A DNA stretch of 62,894 nucleotides, filler included, from Octopus bimaculoides (GCF_001194135.2; 4 parts of 4 records of this genome joined end to end with filler, not necessarily neighbours in it), one strand, 5' to 3'. Positions 41,340 through 56,294 are shown, counted from the first letter of the whole stretch. Notes: generated by a model from the letters alone, not told the origin. Numbers and translations are program-made.

Positions 41340-43250
41340 GTCTAGATACAACCTGGATGACTCAATGCGTTTCGTCCACGTTCACGTTGGCACATCTAGG
41401 CAATCTAGTAGTTACCAGTCAGACAGTTGGAAACATCTAAGCAGTTTTGCCAGTGTTTTACTATTCCCACTTCCATCAAATAGACTCATAGAGTCCTAAC
41501 GTGGCTCGGAAACGACGGTTAAGTTGCCCACTAACATTAAAGTTGAAAACGTTCCAAGGAAAACCTCTAGACATCTGAAGAACTTTGGTCCTCCGGCTCT
41601 TATCGGAGCATAAACAGCCACAATTTTGAGTGCACCCTTCTCTACTGGATCCAAAAAGATAGCTCATAACAGTTCCACACATCTCCGGAACAACGAAACA
41701 GTTCCATCTCATTTCTGACTGGCTTAGTGATAAGTAAATCTCGTTCGGTGTGTGTGGTTTGACTGACAGCCACTTCACCGACACTTAATCACCAAAGGTC
41801 ATTGACTAGGCTGCATTGCTTCCAAGGTGACCCCAGCCCACAAGCATTTATCCTGTCTATCGGAGAAAAGCCATGGCAGATTAATGAATAGATGCACAAA
41901 CGATTTTGTTGGCTAGATGGGGATGGATATTCCGTCCCCATGTGGATGATTCCACGAGAAGTTCTTTAAAGAGGCTTATTGATATTTCTCCATAAAGTCC
42001 CCACTCATTCAGTTTTCATGGCGTTGTATTGGTTTTGTGATGATAGGTTTAATTTTATGTGTGTTGGTATGTTGTTTCTTGGTGTGATAAAATCCGTGTA
42101 TGTGATGTCTATATGGTTATATATGCGTTCCGCTAATTCCTTATTGTTCGTGCTTATTTTTGTGAAATTAATGAGGTTTGGATTTTGGAGGTGTTGGTGG
42201 TGTTTTTTTCTTCTTTTCTTAGACTTGCCGAGCTTTTTGCCTTCAGGCTATTCGTCGTCCCCTTCACCATAGGATATGTCGGGCTGATCCGAATACAGAA
42301 GCGTCATGTCTTGTGGAATCGTTTGCAGTGGCTTTGTTGATAATAAAGTTCTTGTTCTGAGGGATTTTTATGCTGTTGCTTTTCTGAGTCTGATATGAGG
42401 CAGATGTTGGTGAGTTCAAAGTTCTATTTGCTGCTGCTGTTTCTACTGTTATTGTTGTGTTTGTTACTCTTACTGTTGTCGGTGCTGCTGTGTTTGCTGT
42501 TGCTGGAATGTTACTATTGTTTTTGCGGCTGTAGTGGTCACTTGCCTCCGCTGGTGGATGTCTGCTTTCTCTCTTTTGCTGTGGGCAGAAAGGCTTTAGA
42601 AGATTTGTGTTCCCACACGGGTGACAATTTGTGTTTCTACGCTCAACGGCCGTCTGATAAATTTATGATGTCCGGAATATTTTCTAAACATTTGTTATCC
42701 ATTTGTACTCACAGCTTTAGAGCTTGCCCAAACCGGTTTTGCACCTGTAAGATATTTGCTCCGTCCTCCATGTCCAGGAAGGCAGTTGCCACCACCAACC
42801 AGCAGATGTTTATTTCTTATGGTATGTCTGCAATTTCATTTTCACAACTCTACGACCCACGTATACAGGTACCAGAAACAGATCGTCGATCTTTATGTTC
42901 GAAGCGGAGTGCTTGCATGTTTCCACCTATGATGCAAATCTCTTCCCTTTTGTAACGCAGGCTTTTGTGTCCCACACCGGAGTAGCCATTCTTCGATTTA
43001 TTGTTGCGTTGGTAGTTTTAACTCCTGTTGCTTGGTAAGTTATTGTTTTTCTCACTATGTCTCGTACAATGACTTCAGGGTTATCCTTCTTTCATTCCTT
43101 TTCAATATGATCTTTGCAATTCTTACATCGTTGGTCAACAAATTTGTATTTTCATGTGTTTAAGTGACTGCGGATATGAAACCGTTAGGTCGAGATATAG
43201 TATCTTTGTTATTTTCAGCGAGTGTGTTGGCATTAATGGTGGTAGAGGTG
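41340..43250 (-). pseudogene. Tx1/L1-like LINE 5' part (ORF1-like + APE endonuclease), decayed
   Basis: GALKIVAVYAP...FFRCLEVFLG...LVGN...FQLSDW...TWT...SSRLYLD resembles an APE domain. The ORF1 call is weaker. Confidence 0.6.
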
Positions 43251-45021
43251 GCTGTGGGACTTGAATTTTCACGCAATATGTAGAAGTATATGTTATCTTA
43301 ATAGATTGAGGCATATAATGTTATTTTTCTTTCTGCTGATTTTCTTGCTCATTGTTGTTGCTTTGGTTGGCCTTTGTGGTGGCGGTGCTGGTAGTGGTGT
43401 TGTTGCTTTCAAAATGTCTTTGTTTTATGTTTTTGTTATTGATTGTAGTGGTAATGCTGTTGTCGTCGTTGTTGTGGTTTTTGTTGCTGCTGCTGTTGAT
43501 TCTGCTGATACTACCTATTTCTGTGTATATTGAAGGTTGCGTATGAGAGTCAATTTCGCCTTCATCATTAACTTCCAACCGTCCCTGTTTGGCGAAGAAG
43601 AAGCCGTCATATTGGATTTTGCACAATATTTCGAAAAGAAAAACCTTCATTTCAAGATTTCGCTCATAAAGCAGACGGATGAAAATAACTTTCTCTTAGA
43701 CCCTAATGGGCTGCTCAAATTAACGATATACTATATAACAATGAAAACAAAGTGACACGTATTGTCTTGCGATAAACAGCAACTACAGCAACAACATAAT
43801 TATAATTATAATTTTAATAATAATAGTAATTATAATAATAACAATAGTAATATTGAAATTATAATTTAAATACGAATCTTAGCGATAATAATGATGAAAA
43901 AAGAACTAAATTCTTAATGATTATAATTATAATATCAGCCGAATAGCAGTGTGAATATAAATAAGTCGTATTAAAAAAACATTAATGCTATTAAAAATGA
44001 TATTAAGACATTAGTTTTACTATAACAATTAATGTCTTTTTTTTGCTGTTAATTATGTTTTACTTCTGTTGTTGATAATTTTGTATGGTGGTTTTGCATA
44101 TTTTCTTCTTGATGATAAAGTTGGTAGCGATTTCAATAACGTTAAAAATAGCGTTGATGTATCTAATGGAGTTAGTTATAAATATATTGATATATCGATA
44201 TTACAATAAATAGTTATAATGGCACTTTAGTGATGTGATAAAAGTTAGTATGACAGAATAAAGATATAGGCGATAATAATAATGATGATATAAAATGCGC
44301 TAAAAGTTATGATTGGGGTGTAAATGTATATGAAATAGTGGCACATTGGCAGTGGAAGTATATTTCATCTTAATAGTTTGGAGCATACGACAGCGCGGGG
44401 TCATATATTTCAAATTTGAGTAATCAAATGTGTATATTTACTAATGGTGTACTATTGTTATATTTTGTGTGAAGTATACAATGAAGGCAAAGGACTGTGT
44501 TTTCTATGTGACTCCTAGTGAAAGGATTTATACTGGAAAGTTTTATTTTTTCATATGATTGAATATATTATGTTATATGTGCTGTTAATTTGAATTAGAT
44601 AATGCATATGATAGCTATAATAAATCCATGATGCAGCCATCACTGTTGTATCGGCAATGCTATATCTCTGAATATTATGAAGAACTGTCATGAAGGAAAG
44701 CCAGATAAAGTTTGTGATTGCAAGCTGTAGTGTTTTTACATTTCAAAGTTTGTTTTGTGCTTCTTTGTCCATTATCTTGTTGAGGAGACACATAAACTCC
44801 ACCGAGGACTATACATTATGTTTGCCTCTTTTAATGTCAAATGTAGCTTTTAAGCATTGGCGTCTGAAAATACAAATACTTTACGTGGATTTATAATTCA
44901 GTTTATTTGTTATAATTTTAGATTGCTTTATTTGAATGGTTGTGACATATGCCTTTGTATATGTGTGCACATGCACACATATCTATGAATAAATCTCTCT
45001 CTCACTCTCTCCCCACTCTCT

Positions 45022-45072
<51 letters not shown>

Positions 45073-45254
45073 GAGTGAGTGAGAGAGAAAGAGTGGGAGA
45101 CTGACAGATAAATAGGCACATATGAATATATGCATATATANNNNNNNNNNNNNNNNNNNNNNNNNNNNNNNNNNNNNNNNNNNNTTAATTAATTAANNNN
45201 NNNNNNNNNNNNNNNNNNNNNNNNNNNNNNNNNNNNNNNNATACATATACAAAA

Positions 45255-45439
45255 GTAGCAGTGTGGTAAGAAACTCGCTTTTCAGTCACACGGTTCCTGG
45301 TTCAGTCCCACTGCATAGAACCTTGGGCAAGTATTTTCTGCTATACCCTCGTGCTGACCAAAGCCTCGTGAGTGGATTTGGTAGACGGAAACTGAAAAAT
45401 GTCCGTCGTATATATATATAATTATATATATATACACAT

Positions 45440-45492
<53 letters not shown>

Positions 45493-45715
45493 TATATCTA
45501 CACATATGTGTGTGTGTTTGTGTGTCTGTGCCCGTCCCCTCCAACTGTGTTTGACTATCGATTTTGGTGCGTTTACGTCCCCATAACACCGGTTCGGCAA
45601 AAGAGACCGATGAACTACTAAACTTACAAAGAACATGTCCTGGGGTCAGTTTGTCCGAGTAAAGGCAGTGCTCCAGCATGGTCGCAGTCAAACGACTGAA
45701 ACAAATAAAAGTATA
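45255..45715 (+). mobile_element. Bipartite SINE family A (head, microsatellite, tail)
   Basis: Head 45255-45410, (TA)/(CA)/(TG) block to about 45520, tail to 45715. Confidence 0.88.
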
Positions 45716-46374
45716 AAAGAATACATACCTACATGCATACACACTTGAATATGTACATTCAAAAGTATATGCGTATATAATCTTGCGTAGATAACTATGC
45801 AGATAACTTTACCATTCTGCTGCAACTCATATTTCTGTCACTATTTAGAATCATAGAGTTTTTATAGGTATACACTCACATTAGAACCCACCATACTAGC
45901 AGACACATGCGCGCTATAATCTGAATAAGGCATTTGTGTGAAAATACACTTTCATTCGTGTTCGTATAGAGAAATAGTAAAGAAATGTGTCTCTATACAA
46001 TCACACGAATACATAGATAAATACATATATGTTTCTATTATACCAGGAACATCTATTTATTTGGACTCTAATTATATATCTGGTAATTTAACCATTCTCT
46101 TTGTTTTTCCCAGTTGTACACGCATAGGCTGGCATATAAACTCATACAAGCATAAGTAAATAAATATATACACACACATATACATAATGTGTGTTTGTAT
46201 GTGTGTGCGTGAGCGCTTAACTGAATGTGTATAAGAATGTGTGTTTTTATGTGAGAGACATAAAATGTGTGTATGTATGTACGTGTGAGTGTAACCCTGC
46301 ATAAATAATATACATGGGTATACATATTATATATCAGTTTCCATAAGGAAATAAATACATACACAAGCATATGC

Positions 46375-46426
<52 letters not shown>

Positions 46427-47082
46427 TGCATGCATGCATACATACATACATGTATAAATATATATATATACATATAGGTATTTATGTGTGTATGTATGTA
46501 CGTAACGATAGCCGGATAGTTAAGTGTATGCTTCTGGAAAAAAAGACCAGAAAGAGAGCGGAGTATAGATATATAATTAGATGAATAAATAAACAGATAA
46601 AGAGATATTTTGGCACGAAGCCACTACTGCTTCACTATTCTGTTTAGTTCAATGTTCCTCCAACGAACATTTTCTATTATCGATTTACCTACAGATGTCG
46701 TTGAGGCGATAGACTACTAAGCTTCTGCCGTTAAAAAGTAGGCTCAACTCAGAAGGAATTTTCAAAAATAGATTTGCAACTGGAGAAATTAATCAGAAAG
46801 AATCTTAAAGTGAGATAATTAAGTATGTACAACAACATACAAATAACAACTCCAGAAACAGCAATATACTATTAAAAATATAAGAAAACAATAAGCAATC
46901 GAACAAACAGCGATGTTCTAAAATAGATCCCAGCCGCCAGGCACTTCATATACAGACTCACATAGACGCATGTATATATGTATACATACTTACTTACACA
47001 CATCTACCACACACATAAGCTCACACATATCGATGTACTTGAGCATATGTATGCATGTATATACATATACATACATGCATTT

Positions 47083-47137
<55 letters not shown>

Positions 47138-48305
47138 NNNNNNNNNNNNNNNNNNNNNNNNNNNNNNNNNNNNNNNNNNNNNNNNNNNNNNNNNNNNNNN
47201 NNNNNNNNNNNNNNNNNNNNNNNNNNNNNNNNNNNNNNNNNNNNNNNNNNNNNNNNNNNNNNNNNNNNNNNNNNNNNNNNNNNNNNNNNNNNNNNNNNNN
47301 NNNNNNNNNNNNNNNNNNNNNNNNNNNNNNNNNNNNNNNNNNNNNNNNNNNNNNNNNNNNNNNNNNNNNNNNNNNNNNNNNNNNNNNNNNNNNNNNNNNN
47401 NNNNNNNNNNNNNNNNNNNNNNNNNNNNNNNNNNNNNNNNNNNNNNNNNNNNNNNNNNNNNNNNNNNNNNNNNNNNNNNNNNNNNNNNNNNNNNNNNNNN
47501 NNNNNNNNNNNNNNNNNNNNNNNNNNNNNNNNNNNNNNNNNNNNNNNNNNNNNNNNNNNNNNNNNNNNNNNNNNNNNNNNNNNNNNNNNNNNNNNNNNNN
47601 NNNNNNNNNNNNNNNNNNNNNNNNNNNNNNNNNNNNNNNNNNNNNNNNNNNNNNNNNNNNNNNNNNNNNNNNNNNNNNNNNNNNNNNNNNNNNNNNNNNN
47701 NNNNNNNNNNNNNNNNNNNNNNNNNNNNNNNNNNNNNNNNNNNNNNNNNNNNNNNNNNNNNNNNNNNNNNNNNNNNNNNNNNNNNNNNNNNNNNNNNNNN
47801 NNNNNNNNNNNNNNNNNNNNNNNNNNNNNNNNNNNNNNNNNNNNNNNNNNNNNNNNNNNNNNNNNNNNNNNNNNNNNNNNNNNNNNNNNNNNNNNNNNNN
47901 NNNNNNNNNNNNNNNNNNNNNNNNNNNNNNNNNNNNNNNNNNNNNNNNNNNNNNNNNNNNNNNNNNNNNNNNNNNNNNNNNNNNNNNNNNNNNNNNNNNN
48001 NNNNNNNNNNNNNNNNNNNNNNNNNNNNNNNNNNNNNNNNNNNNNNNNNNNNNNNATATATATATATATATATACATCGGGGTGGGGAGCAGTTCCTTAA
48101 TTGGCCCTGCTTGGAGCTTCTCCTGTATCAGGAGGATTGCGTCATTCATATTATCACATACTTTGTGGGCTATGTCTATAGCATTTTATTGTATTTTCAA
48201 TTTCTTTCTTCTTATCCTTTGTGTGAATTCCCACACAAATTCTTGTTTGTCTTTGTGGCGTCCTCTTCATCTATGTCCTTAATAAAGAATTATTATTATT
48301 ATTAA

Positions 48306-48365
<60 letters not shown>

Positions 48366-48374
48366 CATGATTAT

Positions 48375-48707
48375 TATTATTGATAGTCTTTGCACAGCTT
48401 CTACGGTGCCAGCTGTTCACTACCAGTGAACTAAGGTAACACCTCTTATTTTTCGAGCATCATACGAAGTATTCGAGCGGTTCCAAGCAGTGCTGTTTTC
48501 TGTAAGTGCTCCACTCTTATTGCAGCCGCTATTTGTTCCATGTACTTCTCAAGATTTTTACTCACTGTTCCCTGGACTCCGACAATTATTGGTACTACTA
48601 TCATCTTTTTCATCGACAACAACTGCTTAACTTCCCAAGCTAACCTGTCATATCTATCGACTTTTCTTTCTTCCTTATCGCATACCTTGTTGTCAGTTGA
48701 GCATGCT
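48375..48707 (-). mobile_element. R4/Dong-like LINE 3' end embedded between two (ATT)n tracts
   Basis: IACSTDNKV...VVPIIVG...HLQKTALLGTARILRMMLEK*; (ATT)n at 48290-48372 and 48708-48782. Confidence 0.92.
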
Positions 48708-48708
48708 A

Positions 48709-48782
<74 letters not shown>

Positions 48783-48848
48783 TTTCGTAACACAGTGTAG
48801 GTAAAATTGCACTGGAGTCTTTAGTCATCTGTCAAGTCACAACTAGGA

Positions 48849-49040
48849 CATCGTCTCCAGCTGGCTATACGACACGATCTATGAACTTATATTTTCGAAC
48901 AAGGGAATCTAGCACCCCCACTCAGCTCAAGGCAGTATCTGTGTATCACGATTTTCGGGTTATTTCCCTTCATCAGCACAGAATAATTGTTCAGCTAGAT
49001 TCCCTTGTTCGAAAATGTAAGGACACAGATCGTGTCGTAT
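48849..49040 (-). mobile_element. Family-2 element: hammerhead (48939-48981) inside 47-bp inverted arms
   Basis: Arms 48867-48913 / 48994-49040. Minus strand: cugug CUGAUGA a ggg-aaauaa-ccc GAAAaucgugau A cacag. Confidence 0.82.
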
Positions 49041-49344
49041 GGCCCGTGGGAAACGATATTTCTTGGGGCTAAATTACGGCAACATTCGCCCTAAACCAGG
49101 ACTGCCTTGTTATGTTGGTAAACAGTCATTACTACAAAATACTGTTGCTGAATATCTCTCGTTGTGAGATTTAAAAATAGTAATTTTCCATCATCATCAT
49201 CATTAGCTTTTTTTTCTTTCAGTTTTGTTTCCATTTCTTGCCGTGTGTCTTCTCCCGACTCCAGGGGCAAAAAGAAAAAAAAGATCTCGATGTATACATT
49301 GATAGGCCATTAAACAAAACACTCAAATGAAGTTGTGTGAAACA

Positions 49345-50290
<946 letters not shown>

Positions 50291-50472
50291 AAGAAGAAGA
50301 ATATATTCACAGACACGACAGAGCTGCGACCTATATACACTGGAAGCTATGCCAACACTATGGAATAACAACNNNNNNNNNNNNNNNNNNNNNNNNNNNN
50401 NNNNNNNNNNNNNNNNTTAATTAATTAANNNNNNNNNNNNNNNNNNNNNNNNNNNNNNNNNNNNNNNNNNNN

Positions 50473-50511
<39 letters not shown>

Positions 50512-50514
<3 letters not shown>

Positions 50515-50681
50515 GGTGGCCCAAAAGTAGGCTTACAGTTTAGATCTTAATTATAAAATGGAACCATTATTCTATGCTAATTTAGTTAATTGTAAGATAG
50601 GAATTTAAGTGTAACAAAATGTTTTAAAAGAAATTTAAAGTGCCTAAATGATAACTGTAAACTTACTTTTGGGCCATCCTG
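50512..50681. mobile_element. Tc1/mariner-type MITE
   Basis: TIRs cagggtggcccaaaagtaggcttacagt / actgtaaacttacttttgggccatcctg; sits in a (TA)n context. Confidence 0.85.
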
Positions 50682-50683
50682 TG

Positions 50684-50735
<52 letters not shown>

Positions 50736-50831
50736 TATATGTATATATACATGTTTATGCACCTATGTGTATAGAGATATATAGATGTACATACATCACA
50801 CATATATTCTATATATACATGCATATATGTA

Positions 50832-51309
50832 CAGCAATCACTCGCCAGAAAAATCTGTGATGTACTGAAGGTGCGACAGGTGAACCGCGATATGTAAATA
50901 CACATCTCACGATATGTAAATTCATATTTTAGATGATAGGTATTTGTATTTTTTTAGATTTCAATTATTTCTGTGGTAAAATAAGCAATTTCACACCTAA
51001 AAATTAATGAATTAATAAATAAAAATACAGTACAGGATTGCACTAAATAACACATTAATTAAAATATATTACAAGAAAATATGTAGTGTACCGTAGATGA
51101 GTAAACAAAGAATCGTTCATACTGTATGGAAAACGAAACTTGGGAGGTGAGTATGTGGTGTTGTTTTGCATTTATAATAAAATAAATATATACAAATTAG
51201 AAAAATAATTTTTAAAAATACACAGTACAGTATTGCATCTGCTTCATGGATTTTCACCTATTATGGGGGGTTTGGGAGTGTAACACACGAAATAGTCGAG
51301 GGATTACTG
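50832..51309. mobile_element. pogo/Tigger-like MITE
   Basis: TA-flanked ends cagcaatcactcg / cgagggattactg. Confidence 0.7.
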
Positions 51310-51784
51310 TATATACACATACATGCACACAGATACAAATGTACATACATAAAAATATATATATAGATAGATATAATTATAAGCATTCACCATATACTGG
51401 CTGTAGTAAATAGTCTAACATTAGGGTATTTAACCTCACCCCCACTCGACAGATAAAAAGGCATTTTTTTCCACCTATCAGGGGCTTATATACCCTGATA
51501 TTAGCCCCACACAGGTATGGGGATTCAATTTTGATCTATGTATGCTGTGGGCTACTGTCATTAAATAGATAACATAGGGCCTAGTGCATTGATTTGTCCG
51601 AGGGGTCTAAAAAAACTGCTAAGATGGCCTTGCTCCTGGGCAACTACCCAGTGCGCTTGAAGGTGACTGGTTCCAAGCAGAAGCAATGTACCATTATTAG
51701 GTTCTTGTTAAAAGAGAAGGGTCAGCTGGTCTGGCATTTACAGAAGGCTTTGGTTTATTTATAGGAATGTCGCTGGCTTTCCCT

Positions 51785-52230
51785 TAGTTATGACAATGAG
51801 TGTTCCATTGGGAAATTAACATGCAAGTGGCTGAGTACTCCACAGACACGCATAACCTTAACGTAGTTCTCAGGGAGATTCAGCGTGACACAGAATGTAA
51901 CAAGGCTGGTCCTTTTGAATTACAGGTACAACTCATTTCTGCCAGGTACGTGGACTGGAGCAATGTGAAATAAAGAATGCACCATGAGGAACTGAACTCA
52001 CAACCCAGAGTTGCAAGTTCAATTCCTGGTGGTGCATTCTGTCCTTGAGCAAGACACTTTATTTCACAATGCTCCAGTTCACTCACCTGGCAAAAATAAG
52101 TTGTACCTGTAATTCAAAAGGGGCCAGCCTTGTCACATTCTGTGTCATGCTGAATCTCCCTGGAAACTATGTTAAGGACACGCATGTCTGTGGAGTACTC
52201 AGCCACTTGCATGTGATTTATGTCCATCAT
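51785..52230. mobile_element. Inverted pair of family-B-type SINE bodies
   Basis: 51821-51974 is the reverse complement of 52058-52212 with scattered mismatches. Confidence 0.9.
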
Positions 52231-52261
52231 GGCATAGCAAAAAAATCAAGCAATCAGAATG

Positions 52262-52860
52262 TGACTGTGTGACATTAAGTTTGCTTCCCCAACCACATGG
52301 TTCTGGGTTCAGTCCCACTGCATGGCACCTTGGGTGAATGTCTTCTCCTATAACTTCAAGCTGACCAAAGCCTTGTTAGTGGATTTGGTAGATGGAAACT
52401 GAAAGAAGCCCGTCATATATATATACATGTATCGAGCGTGATTATTGTCAGAGCAGCTGTCTGGCTTCTGTGCTGGTGGCATGTAAAAAGCACCATTTGA
52501 GCATGACCGTTACCAGCGTCACCCTAATAGCACTTGTGCCGGTGGCACGTGAAAAAACATTCAAGCGAGGTCGTTGCCAGTGCTGCTGGACTGGCTCTTA
52601 TGCAGGTGGCACGTAAAAAACACCATTTGAGTGTGGCTGTTGCCAGTACCGTGTGACTGGCCCTCATGCCGATGGCATGTAAAAGCACCTACTACATTCT
52701 CGGAGTGGTTGGCGTTAGGAAGGGCATCCAGCTGTAGAAACTCTGCCAGATGAGATTGGAGCCTGGTGTAGCCATCTGGTTTCACCAGTCCTCAGTCAAA
52801 TCGTCCAACCCATGCTAGCATGGAAAGCAGACGTTAAACGATGATGATGATAATGATGAT
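52262..52860 (+). mobile_element. SINE family A head joined to a tandem-repeat body and a (GAT)n-ending tail
   Basis: Head homology to 45255. About four imperfect ggtggcacgtaaaaa units; ends gacgttaaacgatgatgatg. Confidence 0.8.
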
Positions 52861-52899
52861 GTATACACTCTATAGGTCAGAGATAATGGCGCTTAAGAA

Positions 52900-54090
52900 C
52901 TAGAGTAGGCTTAGGGTGACAGACAAAGGGGAGATGGAGGAGGTATATAAAATCTTCTACATTCACCGTTTTAAATCATCAGTGAAGCTCAGACCCACAC
53001 CGTCACACTAGAAGAAGTGCCGCCTCTTCTGATCAGTGGAATTGAAAATGCCTTAAACTGATGAAAACAGACAAAGTTCCTAGGAAAGATGGCATCATGA
53101 CAAGACATGGAGGCGAAGAGCAGTGGAAAATCCTTGTTCTATGTTTCAATCACAATCTGAAGGTAAGTAAAATACCCTCAGTGTGAAAAGGGTCAAATAC
53201 CATCCTGCTTCATAAGAAGGGTGATAAAGAAGATTTAAAAAACTATCACCCCCATATATCTCTTGCCCCACCTCTATAAGCCGTTTCCAAAGGTCATAGT
53301 CACCAGACTATCAAAAAAATTCAATGACCAACAGCAAAGAGAGAAAGCAGGTTTCTGTAAGAACTACTGTAAGGTAGATCACATATTCACTCTAATATAG
53401 GTTTATGGAACGAGCACAGGAATGCTAGCTTCCTCTGTGTATAGCATTTGATGATTATGAAAAGGCTTTTGACAGAGTTGCGATGAACACTGTTGAAATC
53501 TCTGGAAATGTAAGGTATCAAACTGCTCAAAAATGAAAACACTGGTTGCACAACAGATATAGCTCTGCTATCATCACCAGTAAGTCTCCCAATTGAGAAG
53601 GGTGTCAAGCAAGGAGATGCTATCTCCCCCAAGAAATAGTTGTCAAGGATATCAACGGGACAGGTGGTTTGAACATTAATGGCAAGCAACTAACACACCT
53701 CCAATTTGCAGATGGCATTATACTAGTCATTGAAACCAGACACCAGCGGCAGACCAGGCAGACAGAACTGAACTCTCAGAGGTTAGCAGTAGGTCTTGAA
53801 ATGAACTGCATGGAAACAAAATATACTTGGTCAGAAGACATAGCAGTGGGTCAAATAGAGATGGGAAGCGATGAAATTGGGGAGGTAAAGGAGGGCGTCT
53901 ATTAAGGGCACACAGTGGATGTGCTGAAATATAGATGCTGAAATCTCAAAGAAAATAAGGGCAGGATGGTAGACAGTTAACTCCAAGATACTGAAAAAGG
54001 ACCAAGATGCTTGGCACCTTACTGTATCCAAGAAGACCTGTACTCTGCAGCAGAAATGTTTAGACTGGTACCGTTGGTCATGTAAAACAC
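52900..54090 (+). pseudogene. RTE-clade LINE reverse transcriptase remnant
   Basis: HKKGDKEDLKNY, AGF...DHIFTL, AFDDYEKAFD, GVKQGDAISPK, INGKQLTHLQFADGIIL. Confidence 0.9.
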
Positions 54091-55204
54091 CCATGTGGCA
54101 ACATGTATACATATATATATTTATATACATGCATATATATATATATACACACACATACATATATATATATATTTATATACATACATATATACATATATAC
54201 ACACACATACATATATATATATATATATTTATATACATACATATATACATACACACACACATACATATATATATATACACACACACACACATATATTTAT
54301 ATACATACATATATAATATATATACACACACACACATTTATATACATACATATATATATACNNNNNNNNNNNNNNNNNNNNNNNNNNNNNNNNNNNNNNN
54401 NNNNNNNNNNNNNNNNNNNNNNNNNNNNNNNNNNNNNNNNNNNNNNNNNNNNNNNNNNNNNNNNNNNNNNNNNNNNNNNNNNNNNNNNNNNNNNNNNNNN
54501 NNNNNNNNNNNNNNNNNNNNNNNNNNNNNNNNNNNNNNNNNNNNNNNNNNNNNNNNNNNNNNNNNNNNNNNNNNNNNNNNNNNNNNNNNNNNNNNNNNNN
54601 NNNNNNNNNNNNNNNNNNNNNNNNNNNNNNNNNNNNNNNNNNNNNNNNNNNNNNNNNNNNNNNNNNNNNNNNNNNNNNNNNNNNNNNNNNNNATACATAT
54701 ATATATATATATACATACATATATACATACACATACATATATATTTATATGCACACATATCTATATATATGTGTGTACATATATATACATACACGCACAC
54801 ATATTTACACATACACATACATTCACATTTATATATATATATATGAATATATACACATACATACATAAATGTATGTGTCTATACGCACAGACATTTAAAC
54901 ACACACATATACACACAACCACAAATACCATTTAATGAGCAATATCCCATGCTATCATGTGATGAATATGTCATCTTGGCCAATGTCATCCTAACCTTTC
55001 AGTGTTCATATTATTCTGACAAATGTAATTCTTATTAATTAAATCAAGCATTATATTGTCACTCCAAGATTGTGATATTGTGGTTGTTAATTTTTAGAGT
55101 AACACCATTGTAGTGTTGTTGTGAGAAGCCAGATCTGGCCAGTTTTGACAAAACAAGTACAATAATTTGACCAGGTATGACCGGTTTTAATACTAAAGGG
55201 TCAA

Positions 55205-55509
55205 ACACAACTACAACAGTTATCGGATCTTTTTTAAAACGGGGGCCACATTTTTCATTAATGTTTTACGTAGTGTTTTTGGTACCGAAAGACTTTCAAA
55301 CTTCGTATACTTATCTATTTTGTGTTATAGAACAGAAAAATATTTTTGTATTCGAATTTATTTCATGTAAAAAATTGTCTTATTTCGATAATTTCAACCA
55401 ATCACTGACAAGTATTCAGTTGTTTACATTTACTCCTTTGGATGATTAAGCCATAGCTTCGTTTTATTTGCTTTTTTCTTTTTAAATTTGCTGTTTTACC
55501 CTAACCCTA
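55205..55509 (+). mobile_element. Interspersed repeat running into (CCCTAA)-like units at a gap edge
   Basis: Ends ...gctgttttaCCCTAACCCTA followed by N. Element identity is inferred. Confidence 0.45.
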
Positions 55510-56294
55510 NNNNNNNNNNNNNNNNNNNNNNNNNNNNNNNNNNNNNNNNNNNNNNNNNNNNNNNNNNNNNNNNNNNNNNNNNNNNNNNNNNNNNNNNNNN
55601 NNNNNNNNNNNNNNNNNNNNNNNNNNNNNNNNNNNNNNNNNNNNNNNNNNNNNNNNNNNNNNNNNNNNNNNNNNNNNNNNNNNNNNNNNNNNNNNNNNNN
55701 NNNNNNNNNNNNNNNNNNNNNNNNNNNNNNNNNNNNNNNNNNNNNNNNNNNNNNNNNNNNNNNNNNNNNNNNNNNNNNNNNNNNNNNNNNNNNNNNNNNN
55801 NNNNNNNNNNNNNNNNNNNNNNNNNNNNNNNNNNNNNNNNNNNNNNNNNNNNNNNNNNNNNNNNNNNNNNNNNNNNNNNNNNNNNNNNNNNNNNNNNNNN
55901 NNNNNNNNNNNNNNNNNNNNNNNNNNNNNNNNNNNNNNNNNNNNNNNNNNNNNNNNNNNNNNNNNNNNNNNNNNNNNNNNNNNNNNNNNNNNNNNNNNNN
56001 NNNNNNNNNNNNNNNNNNNNNNNNNNNNNNNNNNNNNNNNNNNNNNNNNNNNNNNNNNNNNNNNNNNNNNNNNNNNNNNNNNNNNNNNNNNNNNNNNNNN
56101 NNNNNNNNNNNNNNNNNNNNNNNNNNNNNNNNNNNNNNNNNNNNNNNNNNNNNNNNNNNNNNNNNNNNNNNNNNNNNNNNNNNNNNNNNNNNNNNNNNNN
56201 NNNNNNNNNNNNNNNNNNNNNNNNNNNNNNNNNNNNNNNNNNNNNNNNNNNNNNNNNNNNNNNNNNNNNNNNNNNNNNNTATATATATATATAT

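Noticed and set aside
43537-43755. 72-aa plus-strand ORF as a gene
   Set aside because: No recognisable motif; adjacent and antisense to the decayed LINE 5' region.
44800-44870. Minus-strand acceptor, and short candidate exons at about 46700-46735 and 16028-16068, as continuations of the 60372 exon
   Set aside because: They lie beyond artificial linkers, are very short and give no recognisable protein; phase match alone is not evidence.
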